The notes: generated by a model not told the origin, from the letters alone. DNA of 63,763 nucleotides, filler included, from Octopus bimaculoides (GCF_001194135.2; 9 parts of 9 records of this genome joined end to end with filler, not necessarily neighbours in it); one strand, 5' to 3'; numbered from the whole stretch's first letter, positions 35,136-48,710 are shown. Program-made: numbers and translations.

Positions 35136-35650
35136 AGCGCACCAAAGTGAATATTTTGTCATCTGAATTACGCAAAAATGAAAATAACTCTGACATCTCA
35201 TTTTAATAGATATATTTACCAAAATTACATAAAAACATCTTGAAATTCTAAAGAGTAAATTTATTCAATAAAATCGCCATTGGCTTCAACCATGGCCTCC
35301 AGACGAGTCCGGAATCTCCTGCAACTCTTCTGGATGGTCTCCAGGTTTAAGTTGGTGAATGCTACCATACTCCTCGCCTGCAGTGCATCTTTGGTGTTAC
35401 AAGGAGTTTTGTTGGTCTTTCGCTCAACTGCACCCCACACATAATAATCAAGGGGGTTGCAGTCTAGGGAGTTATGTGGCCAGATGTTAGGGGTGATGTG
35501 GTCACAAATTGTCTGACAGCCATGGTTGGGTCCTCCTGCTTGTGTTGCATGGTGCAGAGTCCTGTTGCCAGACACAGGGTCTTCCAGTAGCCACCCTCTT
35601 GACCCAGGGCAGCACTACCACCTCCAGGCACTTTGATGTAGAACTGATGA
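35136..35650 (-). mobile_element. maT (DD37D) transposase relic, second copy, C-terminal half
   Basis: KCLEVVVLPWVKRVATGRPCVWQQDSAPC...(frameshift)CDHITPNIWPHNSLDCNPLDYYVWGAVERK...EANGDFIE*. There are 37 residues between the second and third D. Confidence 0.92.
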
Positions 35651-35984
35651 TGCGTGTATGTGTATGGGTGTATGTGTGTGTGTATATATACATGTGTATG
35701 TGTGTATGTGTAAGTATATATGTATATATGTATATATCTATGTACACACATACTCAGTCACACAAATATTAATCACACACATACATACATACACACACAC
35801 ACACACAGCTTTAGTGAAACAAACGGGATACATCAAACTCAATATATAAAGGTGTGTGTGCATTCTCTCTATACATACACATATGCAGACATACATACGG
35901 ATGGATGGATGTATAAATCTTTATGTGTGTGTCTGTATGTGTGTGCGCATATACATACTTATACATATACATATATACATACAG

Positions 35985-36015
<31 letters not shown>

Positions 36016-36456
36016 TGTGTGTATGTATGTATGTATGCATATGTATATGTATGTATGTATGCATGTATGTATGTGTGTGCTGAATGTAATGCACTAATCC
36101 TAACTTTTCTCCTCTAAGCCATGCGGCTCTATTCCAATCCTCTTTGTAATCTATCGATTGTCATCCTTATAAGTTACTTAACAAATTGGTTAACTCTTTA
36201 AGGGGGGAGAGGTGTAATGATAGTGGTGATGACGGTGGTGGTGACAGGGAATGGGTAAAAGATGAGAGAGGGAGAGAGGCAGGCGAGCACACAGAAGGAT
36301 AAATGGTAAACCACATAGATGGATAGATGGAGGGACAGACGAACGGACAGAGGGACGGACAGACAGAGAGAGGCACAGAGAGAGAGAGAGAGAGTGTGTG
36401 TGTGTGTGTGTGTATTGTTTATGCATGTGCATCTATCTTCATGTATGTGTCTTGTA

Positions 36457-36503
<47 letters not shown>

Positions 36504-37204
36504 CTGTGTGTATATGTATCTATCTGAACGTATGAGTGCTGTCTGTATAATAGAAAGTGTGTGTGTGTCTATGTATATGAACGTATGAGCGTTGAATATA
36601 TCGCTTTCTCTCTCGCTCTCTCCTTCCGTTTGTCTCTCTCTGTCTCTTTCTCCTCCTCCCCCCCTCTCTCTCTCTGAGAGCTGGTTGCTTAATACAGACC
36701 TGTTAATCTCCTCCATATTAATACTCGTCCTCTTTACACTTTCTCTCCTCACGTGCGTTGTTGCCTTTCCCTTCATCCCCTCCCAGCCTCAGTCCCACTG
36801 TTTATTTATTTATTTATTTATTTATTTACTTACTTATTTATCCATTTGTTTATTTACTTATTTACTTATTCAATCAGGAAATCTTTTTTTTTTATTTTTC
36901 TTCTTCTCTCACTGGCTTCAAGCTCTGCAATGTCTGTAACCTCAGATGAACTCGGCTTCAAAAGTTTCTACACGTCTCTATAATATTTAAGAAGCTTCCA
37001 TGCATGCACGTGTGTGTGTGTGCGTGTATATGAGTGTGTGTGTGTGTGTGTGTGTGCGTGTGTGCAGATAATTTTTTATTTGCTAAAAATAACAGCCAAA
37101 TCTCTCCCTTCTGTTTTTTTTCGAAGAAAAGGAACCATAGCTGGAATCCTTTTGACTTGGCCTGCCCAATCGCAATTTCATTTCTACCCCTCTCCCGTCT
37201 ACTC

Positions 37205-37390
37205 CAGCGTCTATGTTTGTCCCCCATCACTTCTTTACAAACGGTGTTGGTGACTTAGCAGGTCATCAAAAGAAACTGATAGACTAAGTACCAGGCTTAA
37301 AAAAGAAGTACTGGGGTCAATCCATTCAACTAAAATCCTTCTAGGCGGTGCCCCAGCATGGCCATAGTCTAATAACTCAACCAAGTAAAA
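37205..37390 (+). mobile_element. SINE family A, 3' half
   Basis: TGTTTGTCCCCC...ACTGGGGTCAATCC...GGCGGTGCCCCAGCATGGCC. Confidence 0.8.
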
Positions 37391-37504
37391 TGACACATTT
37401 CCCCTACAGCTAGAAACCTGTTCTGGACTGGCATCTTTTCGCATCCTTTTTTGCCCTCGTCTGCAAACATGAAGCTGCTTCCTCAGAGTTTGTAGTCTTG
37501 CAGA

Positions 37505-37636
37505 CTGCACGGTGACCCCACTAGTGCTGGTGCCATGAAAGAAAAGGTAAAAGGGTTGGCATTAGGAAGGAAGGACATGCAGCTTTAGAAACCATTCAAA
37601 CTGTCCAACCCATGCCAACATGGAACATGGATGTTA

Positions 37637-37666
<30 letters not shown>
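37505..37666 (+). mobile_element. RTE family 2 extreme 3' end with (GAT)n tail, diverged
   Basis: GTTGGCATTAGGAAGG...GTCCAACCCATGCCAACATGGAAC-TGGATGTT-(GAT)n. Confidence 0.7.
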
Positions 37667-37667
<1 letters not shown>

Positions 37668-38164
37668 TTGATGGTGGTGGTAATGATTGTGGTGGTGGTA
37701 GTGGTGGTGATAATGATGATGGTCATCATAATGATAATGATGATGAGGATGATGCTAGCCACCAGTATGAACATGATATATGTATATATATATATATATA
37801 AACAATATATGAGTATATGCATATATATGTACATGTATGTATATACGTTCATCTACATGTACATATAGATACATAACTGGGTACATGACGTGGCAAAAGA
37901 ACAAGGACAAAATGGTAAACAAGGTGCAACAAACAAGCAGGCCACATAGAAGCATCCCCTTCATCAGCTGCCACCATGTATACATGTATGTATGTGTATG
38001 TATGTTTATTTGGAGCTAGTGGGGGGGGGAGTCTGTCAATGTGTCATAACTGATAACNNNNNNNNNNNNNNNNNNNNNNNNNNNNNNNNNNNNNNNNNNN
38101 NTTAATTAATTAANNNNNNNNNNNNNNNNNNNNNNNNNNNNNNNNNNNNNNNNNNNNGTGAACA

Positions 38165-38270
38165 CCCTATTAAAAAAAAAGTTCTGGAGTCAATTTGTTC
38201 AACTAAAATCCTTCCAAGGCGGTGCCCCAGCATAGCCGCAGTCAAATGACTGAAACAAGTAAAAGATAAA
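38165..38270 (+). mobile_element. SINE family A tail
   Basis: GGCGGTGCCCCAGCATAGCCGCAGTCAAATGACTGAAACAAGTAAAAG. Confidence 0.85.
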
Positions 38271-38989
38271 TTGTAACACTAAAATCTTAAATCTCAGGGG
38301 ACATTATGGACCCCGGTTGAGAACTATTGTGTCTCTATCATCCAGGGTTTGGACCAGAATTGTATGTCTCTATGCGGCCAAGTCACAGCTAGAAACAACA
38401 GCAATAGTCTGCCTCTTACATACTCTAATTATAGCTCCGACGAATTCACTTCCGTCTTTTACTTTTCAAGAGTCGACTCAACTTTGGGAACACTCTACAC
38501 ACGCTCTGTGATCAAACCACCTCAGTGACCAAACCACCTCAGTCTCTTTAAAAATTACGATTGCCTTTGACAATGTAGTCCTAGTCACACTGGTTCTGAA
38601 TAAAAGGCGGAATGGTCGTATCTTTGATCATAGTTCTCTGTTTGATCGGGACTAGCATTTCATGTCGGCACAAAATACCTCATGGCATGAATACAAAGTC
38701 AAAGAGGGGCGCTATGTAATACATTCCACGTTAGTTTCAATTTTCTTTCGGAAACCTTCTAAGAACATTCGAGAAGAAAATATTTCGCTGACAGTTTCTT
38801 ATTCTGCCATTTACTTTTGTCTTGAGAGGGATATTTGTCCCAACACACCCCTCCCATTTTTTCATCCCTCCCCCTTTCGCTCTTTGTTCTCCCTCTCTCT
38901 GTATATTTATATGTATCTATGTTCTTCTTGTTCAAGACGGGCGATGGCTTTGATGGCCATCACTATCATTTTGAGTATTAGGCCATATC

Positions 38990-39180
38990 AGATATTATGT
39001 TTCCGAAAGCTTACTGATTGATGTCTCTACGACAATTATCAAAAGTGCCGTAAGCTGAGTTTTTTCGTTATTGTGGGTGCTGTTATTTCGGAAGCTGGTT
39101 ATTTGTTGTCTCTGCAACAAAAGTGCCGTTATCTCAAGTTTTCCATTATTTTTCATGCCGTTATTTCGGAAGCGTACTGT
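38990..39180. mobile_element. Probable pogo/Tigger-type MITE remnant with subterminal repeats
   Basis: The right end reads (reverse complement) ACAGTACGCTTCCGAAATAACGGC. GTTATTTCGGAAGC and AAAAGTGCCGT each occur twice. The left TIR is degenerate. Confidence 0.45.
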
Positions 39181-39232
39181 TTGTTTCGTACAAGACATCA
39201 CTTCTACGATTCCAGAGCAAAATGCTGACAAT

Positions 39233-39500
39233 TAGGCATAGTCGTAGCAGTGCAGTTAAGCAGCTCGCTTTGCAACCACGCAGTTTCGGGTTCAATTTGG
39301 CCAAGTGTCGACCAACACCCTGTGAGCGAATTTGGTATACAGAAACGATGTGGAAGCCCGTCGTGTGTGTGCGTGTGCTTCTCCCCAACACCGCTTGACA
39401 ACCGATGGTGGTTTGCTAATGTCCCTGTAACTTAGCGGTTCGGCAGAGCGCCTGATATCATAAGTACCAAAGTTTAAATAAAAAGAAAAAAAACGGAGGC
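39233..39500 (+). mobile_element. SINE family A
   Basis: Head ...TTCGGGTTCAAT... and body CCGCTTGACAACCGATG...CTTAGCGGTTCGGC. Confidence 0.8.
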
Positions 39501-39510
39501 CGGTTTATCT

Positions 39511-39910
39511 TCTATCTTTTACTTGTTTCAGTCATTTGACTGCGACCATGCTGCAGCACCGTCTTCAAGAATTTTTAGTCGAATGAATCGACTCCAGTAC
39601 TTAATTTTTTTGATGAGCTTTGAAAAGAGACCGGTATTCTATCGGTCTCTTTTGCCAAACCACGAAGTTACTGGGACGTAAACGCACCAACACCAGTTCT
39701 CAAGCGATGGTGGAGGACAAACACAGACACAAAGATTCGCGCACGCACGCACACACATACATACATATATACGACGCGCTTCTTGCAGTCTCCATCTACA
39801 AAATCCACTTACAAGACTTTGGTCAGCCCGTGGCTACAGTGCAATACACTTGCCCAAGTGCCTCGCAGTGGGACTGAACCCAGAACCATAAGGTTAAGAA
39901 ATAGGCTTCT
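39511..39910 (-). mobile_element. SINE family A, near complete
   Basis: Tail CTTTTACTTGTTTCAGTCATTTGACTGCG through head GCAGTGGGACTGAACCC. Confidence 0.85.
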
Positions 39911-40140
39911 TATTTCTGTATTGTCCACAAGGGGCTAAACATAGAGGGGACAAACAAGGACAGACGAAGGGATTAAGTCGATTACATCGACCCCAGTGCA
40001 CAACTGTTACTTAATTTATCGACCTCGAAAGGATGAAAGGCAAAGTCGACCTCGGTGGAATTTGAACTTAGAACGTAACAGCAGACGAAATGCCGCTAAG
40101 CATTTCTGGCGTGCTAACGTTTCTGCCAGCTCGCCGCCTT
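39911..40140 (-). mobile_element. SINE family B, near complete
   Basis: Full head (GGCGGCGAGCTGGCAGAAACGTTAGCACGCC in reverse complement), core and tail. Confidence 0.9.
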
Positions 40141-40721
40141 TAGAAACAGGCTTCTTTCCACACAACCGCACCTGGTTTTATTAGACTAAACCCATCAAGG
40201 CGGTGCTCCAGTGTGACCGCAGTTTAATGACTGAAACAAGTTAATGAAGGTACACAAGTTATCTCGCACCGGACACATGTCTGCCATCTCTACGACTGTA
40301 CTTAATCTTGGCAAAGAATGGACAACCACAGATTAAATGGCCGATCGATTCATTCTATTGATTATATATACCTACAGGTGATCATAGCTCCTTGTTAAAT
40401 TATATTTCAACTTTGATCCTTTGTCACTAAAATCAGATGCTCCGATGTTATATTTAGCTCTGATCTACTGCACTATATTCAGTGTTCATTTTGACTTCCT
40501 TCCGTTCTGTCTAAGGCTTCCAGGCCATTGGTCAAAGAATGGTTCCTATCCGACACCTTCCAAGACCTTTTCCATTTGTATATTTTAGAATTCTATTTAG
40601 AATATCTTTGTTTTCGAATTTTCCTCTTTTGCTTTTTTTCTCTTTCTGCATCTAATTCTTTTCTCATAGAGTTGTTTCCTATTCATGCTTTGTTTGCTGT
40701 TCTGTTTTTGGCTTTCAGCTT

Positions 40722-41005
40722 CAGATGTTAAGATCTTCAGTTTGATTCTCTGCGGTGCATTGTGTCCTTGGGCAAGACACGTTATTCCAGTCCACTCAGC
40801 TGGCAAAAATTAGTCGTATCTGTAATACAAAGGGCCAGTCTTAATCACATTCTACTGTCATGCTCAATCTCCTTGAGAACTACATGAAGGATAGGCGTGT
40901 CTCTGGAGTCCTCAGCCACTTGCACGTTAATTTCATGGGCAGGCTGTCTTATTGATCAGATCAACTGGAAAACTCATCTTCGTAACCGACGGAGTGCCTG
41001 TGTCT
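40722..41005 (+). mobile_element. SINE family C, degenerate
   Basis: Shares AAAGGGCCAG...GAGAACTAC...CTCAGCCACTTGCACGTTAATTTCA...GCAGGCTGT with 63433-63763. Confidence 0.8.
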
Positions 41006-41049
41006 TTAGCAAGACGCTGCATTTCACGTTGCTTGGTGAAGACAAGTGC

Positions 41050-41660
41050 CTTGCCAAGAATAGAACTAAATTATCAATGAAAGAAATTAAAATCATACTT
41101 CAAGCTAGAAAGACTGTTATATTACATGAAGGTAAATATTGGACCAGGAAAGACACACCCGATTGTTTCGATGTACCCATGGGTGCGCAAGACTCAGCAG
41201 AGGTAACCCATTTAGTCGGGCTTTACCTACAACACCAATTTAAAGAAGAATTCCCTGAATTAGAAGGTGGACTATATCGGGACGACGCTCTATTCTTAGT
41301 TAGGAATACCTCCAACAGAAAACTAGAAGTCTACAAAAAAAGGACTACATAATTTTTTTTAAAAACCAAAAGCTATCTATTATCATTCAAAACGATAACA
41401 ATTCTGTTAACTTCAATATTAATACTTCTACCCATAAACCTAACACCAATATAACATACATAAATGTGCACAGTAACCATCCAAATGACATTATATAGAA
41501 AACCTGACTGCTAACATAGAGAGAAGAATAAATCTACTGTCATCTAACGAGGAAATATTTAACAAACACGAGGACTACTATAACCTAGCACTTAAGAAGG
41601 CAGGATATAAATATGAAATTAAGTATGATAAAAACGACAGCAACAATACTAATCACATCA
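41050..41660 (+). mobile_element. Penelope-like element reverse transcriptase relic (RT core to thumb)
   Basis: ARKTVILHEGKYWTRKD...FDVPMGAQDSAEVTHLVGLY...GGLYRDDAL, then after frameshifts KPNTNITYINVHSNHP...RRINLLSSNEEIF...YYNLALKKAGY. These are PLE RT motifs. Confidence 0.88.
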
Positions 41661-41741
41661 AACATTATCTTGGAACGAATAACGTAGATAATATTAGTGA
41701 ACCCAAGTCCCCTGATGAATTAGTACACCCCAATAAACGTA

Positions 41742-42382
41742 CAGGGGTTGGACAAAATAATGGAAACACCTTAAAATTTCAAACAAATTTATTTTAATAT
41801 GGGGTAGGACCACCTTTGGCAGTAATTACAGCTTGAATTCTACGAGGTGTGGACTCATACAAAGTTTGAATTGTTTCCAAAAGAAATGTTGTCCATTCTT
41901 CATCTAAAACTCCATTTCTTGTAGTGATTGATGGTGGTGGAGGATATCAACTCCTTACTTGTTTTTCTGAAATGCACCATAAATGTTCAATAATATTGAG
42001 ATCTGGGGACTGTGGTGTTCAACTTTACTAGAATGTTCCTCGTGTCATTCAGTAACAACTCTAGCTGTGTGAATTGGTGCATTATCATCTTGAAAGATTG
42101 TGTTTCTCTCCGGAAACAGTTCCACAACCATAGGATGAATTTGATCAGATAAAATGCTGAAATAGTCTTGACTATTAATTCTGCCATGAAGGGAGACCAT
42201 TGGGCCGGCAGATTTCCAAGATATAGCANNNNNNNNNNTAACAGTTGGAAGAAGGCAGTCTGGGTCAAATGCTTCTTTTGGCTGTCCCCACACGTATACT
42301 TGGCTGGTGGTCGGAAATAAGGTAAAAGATGACTCATCCGAGAAAATAACATTCTTCCACTGCTCTAGGGACCAATTCTGCT
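41742..42382 (-). mobile_element. Tc1-family transposase relic with 3' TIR
   Basis: WKNVIFSDESSF...WKSAGPMVSLHGRINSQDY...FQDDNAPIHT...PQSPDLNIIEHLW...AKGGPTPY*. TA followed by CAGGGGTTGGACAAAATAATGGAAACACC lies at 41740. Confidence 0.92.
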
Positions 42383-43283
42383 TAGTTTGATATTTTAAAA
42401 AAATATATTTATATATTGCCCTTTTCTATGAAATATAATTACCCATCACATCCCCTTTACATTACTATATCTTACACAATCTTTGTACATTTTTTCTTTA
42501 ACATTTCCTTTTCATAATTGCATGACCCACCATATATAGGGCTATCAATTTATCTATCTTTCACTACACTTTTATCTCCACATGTTATGTCTTTCCTTAA
42601 TTTGTAATATACCTATAATTTTTTGTATTTTATTTGCATAATGTGTCTATGTACTCCCCTTTTTTTGCACTTCTTTCACCCCACCCCTCTCAACATACCC
42701 ATTCTAACTATTACCGCTTTGTGTTATTTGTTACTATACTTTATAATTACATATTCTTTTACTACTAATATATGCAGACATGTATGCACATATAGTACTT
42801 CTTGGTGTCTTACATATCTACACCCATGTATGCAAAACTAGGTATGGATATTATATGTTATCTATATGCATATATCTATAGATATGTGTTTGATTTTTAT
42901 ATGTAGGTACTGACATGTATATTAATATGAACGTGTGTATCTCCGTATATATGTATGTTTTCACACACACATATATATATACAATTTATTATGTGTGTAT
43001 TTATATCTACATGTGTGTGCCCCTCCTCTCTTTGCACCGTATGGGTATATTTGTACCGTTATATATATATATATATATATACCTTTATCGTACATCTACT
43101 AGAATTGATGTATCTATCTATATACTAATTGATATACTAATTGATGTATCTATCTATATACTAATGTGCAAATATGCTTCTACACACGTATGAGTAAATA
43201 TTCATACATTCTTCTCCTTATTAGATTAGTAAAAGAGTAAATAGAGAGTACTAAAACACACGTACTGTATAACCTTACACATC

Positions 43284-44061
43284 TTTGCATGGTAGATTCC
43301 CAAAGATAGTTGTAGTGAGACATGGTTATGGTTGCAGAAAGGAAGGCTGAAAAGGGAGACAGAACGTTTATTGGTAGTAGCACAGGATCAAGGATTAAGG
43401 ACTAATTGGATAAAAGCCAAGATAGACAAAAACCAAGTAGATTCCCAGTGTAGGTTATGCAAATCAAAGGAGGAAAATGTTACGCATGTAGTAAGTGAAT
43501 GTAGCATGCTGACGCAGAATGAGTATAAGAAAAGACATGACAACCTAGGGAGAGTAATGCACTGGGAGTTATGTAGAAAGCTAAAATTTGACCATACTGA
43601 TAAATGGTATGAACATGAACCTCGTTAAGTACTAGAAAGTAAGAAATATAAGATGTTAGACTGACAGACTAATAGAAGCTAGAAGGTTTGATTTAGCTAT
43701 AGAAAGTGCCAGATAAATGATTTTACAGTCCTAAATGATGAAAAAAATCAATATGAGAGGTATAGAAAAAATAGCAAAGTACCAGGACCAAGCCATTGAA
43801 TTACAGAGACTATAGAAAATGCGGGTTAAATGTATCCCTGTAGTTATAGGTGCATTAGGAACTATCCCTAAAGACTTGAACAAATGAATAGAGGAAACAG
43901 GATAAAACCCAGTTTAGTACAGCCCCAGAAAACAGTGTTATTAGGGACAGCTAGGATACTTAAGAGGGTTCTTCGCATCTAATATTAGTTGTTGTTGCCC
44001 GATGTTTGGAGTTTTTATATTCCAACAGTCTAACCAGTTGTGAGTATATTATAATAATAAT
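43284..44061 (+). mobile_element. R4/Dong-type (RLE) non-LTR retrotransposon, 3' fragment with (TAA)n tail
   Basis: LHGRF...WLQKGRLKRETE...AQDQGLRT...CRLCKSKEENVTHVVSEC (CCHC)...RHDNL...WYEHEP...KYQD...IPVVIGALGTIP. Confidence 0.88.
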
Positions 44062-44215
44062 CCTTTCTATTAAAGACACAAGGCCCGAAATTCTGGGGGA
44101 GGGGACAAGTCGATTACATTGAGATCAGTGTTTCATTGGTATTTAATTTATCGACCACGAAGGGTAATAGACAAAGTCGACCTCGGCAGAAACTGAAGTC
44201 AGAAAGTAAGATCGG
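44062..44215 (-). mobile_element. SINE family B variant, 3' part
   Basis: AAGTCGATTACAT...TTAATTTATCGACC...CAAAGTCGACCTCGGC. Confidence 0.75.
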
Positions 44216-45072
44216 ANNNNNNNNNNNNNNNNNNNNNNNNNNNNNNNNNNNNNNNNNNNNNNNNNNNNNNNNNNNNNNNNNNNNNNNNNNNNNNNNNNNN
44301 NNNNNNNNNNNNNNNNNNNNNNNNNNNNNNNNNNNNNNNNNNNNNNNNNNNNNNNNNNNNNNNNNNNNNNNNNNNNNNNNNNNNNNNNNNNNNNNNNNNN
44401 NNNNNNNNNNNNNNNNNNNNNNNNNNNNNNNNNNNNNNNNNNNNNNNNNNNNNNNNNNNNNNNNNNNNNNNNNNNNNNNNNNNNNNNNNNNNNNNNNNNN
44501 NNNNNNNNNNNNNNNNNNNNNNNNNNNNNNNNNNNNNNNNNNNNNNNNNNNNNNNNNNNNNNNNNNNNNNNNNNNNNNNNNNNNNNNNNNNNNNNNNNGC
44601 GCATTTAATTTTAGTAATTTTCGCTATAAAGTGATGGAAAACGATTTGATAGCCTGTTGGTTTGTGTAACCTAGCCGTCAGCTATATGTTGGCCATGTTT
44701 TATGGCTGTGGGTGGGGGAAGGGTGGTCGGGTGTGATACGGGTGGGGTTCGGTGGTTGGGTGTCTTTTTAACACGGTACATTAAACAAAAGTATTTTAAC
44801 GGAGCCTTAGCAGAACCTGATGGTGGAGGGGGCGTGTATGGATGGAGGGTATGTATGTATTCTGGAGGAAAGGTTGATGTGTGTGCACGTGTGGACGTAT
44901 ACGGGTATATGTGAGTGTATGTGTTTGTGAGGAGATGGGAGGGGTAGATGTGTATGTGTGTGTGTTTGTACGTATATAATATACTTCTGTGTGCGCGCGT
45001 ACACGTGTTCAATGTAAATGAGTGTGTATGTGTATTTATCTATGTATGTTATGTGTGCAGGAGGTAGATAAC

Positions 45073-45106
<34 letters not shown>

Positions 45107-45247
45107 TACACATACGTATATATTTGTATTTACATTCGTACAACACTACGTACAGATTTGTTTATATACGTGCTTACGTACCGACCCATATTATATGATT
45201 ATATGTGCATATAGGCACGAGTGTGTATAGATAGATAGATAGATAGA

Positions 45248-45405
45248 TGTGGTTACGGAGCTGGGGTTTTTTTTTTTTTTTTTTGCCATATATGATTTCA
45301 GGTTCAATCCCACTGCGCAGCACTGTAGGCAAGTGTCTTCTACTATAGCCTCGAGCCGACCAATGGATTTAGTAGACGAATATTGCGTGGAAGCTCATCG
45401 TATAT

Positions 45406-45436
<31 letters not shown>

Positions 45437-45567
45437 AGTACCTGTCTTCATGTTTGTGTTCGGCCTCCCCCACCGCTTGTTGCTTTGTTTACGTCACCAT
45501 AACGTAGCGGTTCGACAACAGAGAAGGATAGAATAAGTACCAGACCTAAAAGTGTAAGTATTGCCTC

Positions 45568-45599
<32 letters not shown>

Positions 45600-45650
45600 T
45601 TTGTTTCAGTCTTTGGACTACGGTCAGGCTGGAGCACCACTGTGATTGTT
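45248..45650 (+). mobile_element. SINE family A, degenerate
   Basis: GGTTCAATCCCACTGCG...GCAAGTGTCTTCTACTATAGCC...TAGCGGTTCGAC...GATAGAATAAGTACCAG. Confidence 0.75.
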
Positions 45651-45770
45651 TTGTCTCAGACCGGTACATATCCTGCGATCGAAGACGTTCCCGATGTGAC
45701 CAACCCATCATTTAATCAGTCACATTGTATCTAGAACTACACTACCTAATGTGTAGTATAGTAGTTAGTA

Positions 45771-45809
<39 letters not shown>

Positions 45810-46091
45810 ATTGACGCAAGCATAGATCAGAGGGTAAGGAGGTGGCTTCACAACCATGAGGAGCTGAGTTCAATCCTCCTGCATAACATATTCATTGAGC
45901 AAGACGGCGTTTATCATGTTTGTTGGCTGGTCAGGGGTTTCTTATAGGTGAGTGCCTGATTACTGTCTTTGCTACTTGTAGCGTCGAAGGGGCACCGTCA
46001 TTTCAGACTATACACCAGTTTTCTCTGCATGTGTGAATGTAAATGCATAGCGCCTGTGTTTGTGTGTGCGTGTATATAAAATACGTATACA

Positions 46092-46130
<39 letters not shown>

Positions 46131-46169
46131 TTGCTTGCTTATGACAACCTCTCAGAGGTGATGACAGCG

Positions 46170-46207
<38 letters not shown>

Positions 46208-46411
46208 GCGTGCATGTATATGTATATATATATATGTATGTGTGTGTGTATGGTGGCGAGGGTCTGTATGTATATGTGCGAATATATATATGTGTGTGGT
46301 GTGTCTGTGCATATATATATATGTGTGTGTGTAACTGGATATGTACATATATAGATGCATATATAATTACATACGAAAACATGATCACACACATTTGTAT
46401 AGGGAGAGTTA

Positions 46412-46862
46412 GTGACACAAACACACACTCTCCTCCTCTCTCTCTCTCAAACACACACTCTCCCCCTCTCTCTCTCTCACACACACTCTCCCCCTCTCTC
46501 TTACACACACACATACTCCCCCGCTCTCTCTCTCTTTCACAAACACACACACACTCTCTTCTCCCCCCTCTCTCTCTCACACACACACATACTCCCCCGC
46601 TCTCTCTCTCTTTCACAAACACACACACTCTCTTCTCCCGCCCCCCCCNNNNNNNNNNNNNNNNNNNNNNNNNNNNNNNNNNNNNNNNNNNNNNNACACT
46701 CTCCTCCTCTCTCTCTCTCAAACACACACTCTCCCCCTCTCTCTCTCTCACACACACTCTCCCCCTCTCTCTTACACACACACATACTCCCCCGCTCTCT
46801 CTCTCTTTCACAAACACACACACTCTCTTCTCCCGCCCCCCCCTCTCTCACACACACACACA
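46412..46862. repeat. Higher-order (CT)n/(CA)n minisatellite, near-identical on both sides of a small gap
   Basis: 46423-46565 recurs at 46696-46860. Confidence 0.85.
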
Positions 46863-47134
46863 CAACCTTGTCTTTGATAATGTTAATGGACTTGTGTATT
46901 CAATTTCCTCGTTTTTACTCGTGAAAATTACATTTCAATGATGATAACACAAAAGAAAAGGGAGTCGCAGCCGGGATCTGGTAACACTCCGGCGTAATGT
47001 ATGACAATACATGCAGAAGAGCCCTGAAATATTTATCTACTACACAAACTTAAGGGAATCCTAGAAAACAAGGGACTACGCCCTTTACAGTCTCTCATGT
47101 TTCTTATATCTTTTTTTTGTCTAGGCTTTTTCTT

Positions 47135-47400
47135 TTAACTCTAACTTGTTCATATCATTAGACTGCGGCCATGCTGGGGCACCGCCTTGAAGGGTTTTAG
47201 TCAAATAGATCGTCCGCAGTTCATGTCTTTTAATCTCTTACTTGTTTCATTCATTTGACTGCGGCCATGCCTTTAATAGTTTTGTAGTCGAATTATTCCC
47301 TCAGTCTTTTTTGCCGAACTGCTAAGTTACTGTGACATAAACACACCAACACCGATTGTCAAACGGTGGTGGAGGACAAACACAGATACAATGACACACA
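47135..47400 (-). mobile_element. SINE family A with doubled tail
   Basis: GACTGCGGCCATGC occurs twice (about 47161 and 47257), followed by the body GCCGAACTGCTAAGTTAC...GGACAAACACAG. Confidence 0.8.
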
Positions 47401-47670
47401 CACATCTACCTAACCATCTATCTATCTATCTATCTTTGTTTTGGTTTTGTTTACCAAAATTTTTCGAGAATTTATCGTGAATTCCAATGTTTTTTCGTTT
47501 TATAATCCAAAATGGAGATGAATACTTATTTGTTTAGGTGAGAGGTTTGAAAATTTGATAAGATATTTTCTTAACAAGAAACCAATAGTACCCTTAAAAT
47601 ACAACTAAAGAATCTTTATCCACCAATGCGGTGTTGAACAATCATTCTCATTCTTCAACAATTACGTGTG

Positions 47671-47739
<69 letters not shown>

Positions 47740-48535
47740 GTGTGTGTGTGTGTGCATGTATATATATGTATATGTATGTATGTATGTATATATATATATA
47801 NNNNNNNNNNNNNNNNNNNNNNNNNNNNNNNNNNNNNNNNNNNNTTAATTAATTAANNNNNNNNNNNNNNNNNNNNNNNNNNNNNNNNNNNNNNNNNNNN
47901 TATACAGTTCTCGTCAACTTTTGTACATTCATTGATAATATTCACTGCATTTATCTGCAACGCTCTGGATCACTTGTGAACGGGGAAAGATGTATGGAAT
48001 GAAGATTCCTTGTATGCGAGGATAAATCTTCTAATTTGTGCTGCAGAAGTTGTCATGTCATCTTAGCTATATTTTTTGAGGCAGACATTCTGTTAGCATC
48101 GCGTAGGCGGTATTACATCATTTTCTTGTTACTTTCTACATATACATATTTATATACATAAGTGCATAGAAACACGCGCGCACACACGCACACGAACACG
48201 TGTATACATATACATGTGTATACACATATATGTGTGTATATACACACACGCAAACGCATGTATAAATATATATTATTAATGACCTTCTATATAAATGAAG
48301 CTATAACATTTCATTTGCTGCTTTTCTTTACACGAACTAAGAAGATACATTGCGGAACTATTATTTTAATGAACTGTATCTATTTGTCACTCGAAGAGAT
48401 ATATCTGTACCGTCAGATGCTCCTGAACTAATTGTTAAGTATCCCACCCGTAAGGGATCAATGCCAGATGTGTCGAAACAATTGTAGTTATCCATAAAGA
48501 TTCATGTGACTCCTTTCTTCCGTCTCTCATTAAAC

Positions 48536-48671
48536 AGGAATAGCTGTGTGGGAAGAAGCTTGGTTGAGTCTCACTACGTGTCACCTTGGGCTGGTGTCTT
48601 CTACTATAGCCTCAGGCCGACCAATACCATGTGTGTGGATTTGGTAGACGGAAACTGAAAGAAGCTTCTCG

Positions 48672-48673
<2 letters not shown>
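48536..48673 (+). mobile_element. SINE family A, 5' half
   Basis: AGGAATAGCTGTGTGG...GTCTTCTACTATAGCC...GGATTTGGTAGACGGAAACTGAAAGAAGC. Confidence 0.8.

Positions 48674-48710
<37 letters not shown>

Noticed and set aside
41706-41741. CTGATGA after the Penelope RT as another hammerhead
   Set aside because: GAAA is missing its G, helix II is only 3 A-T pairs, and helix I' would be removed by the Tc1 insertion, so it cannot be supported.
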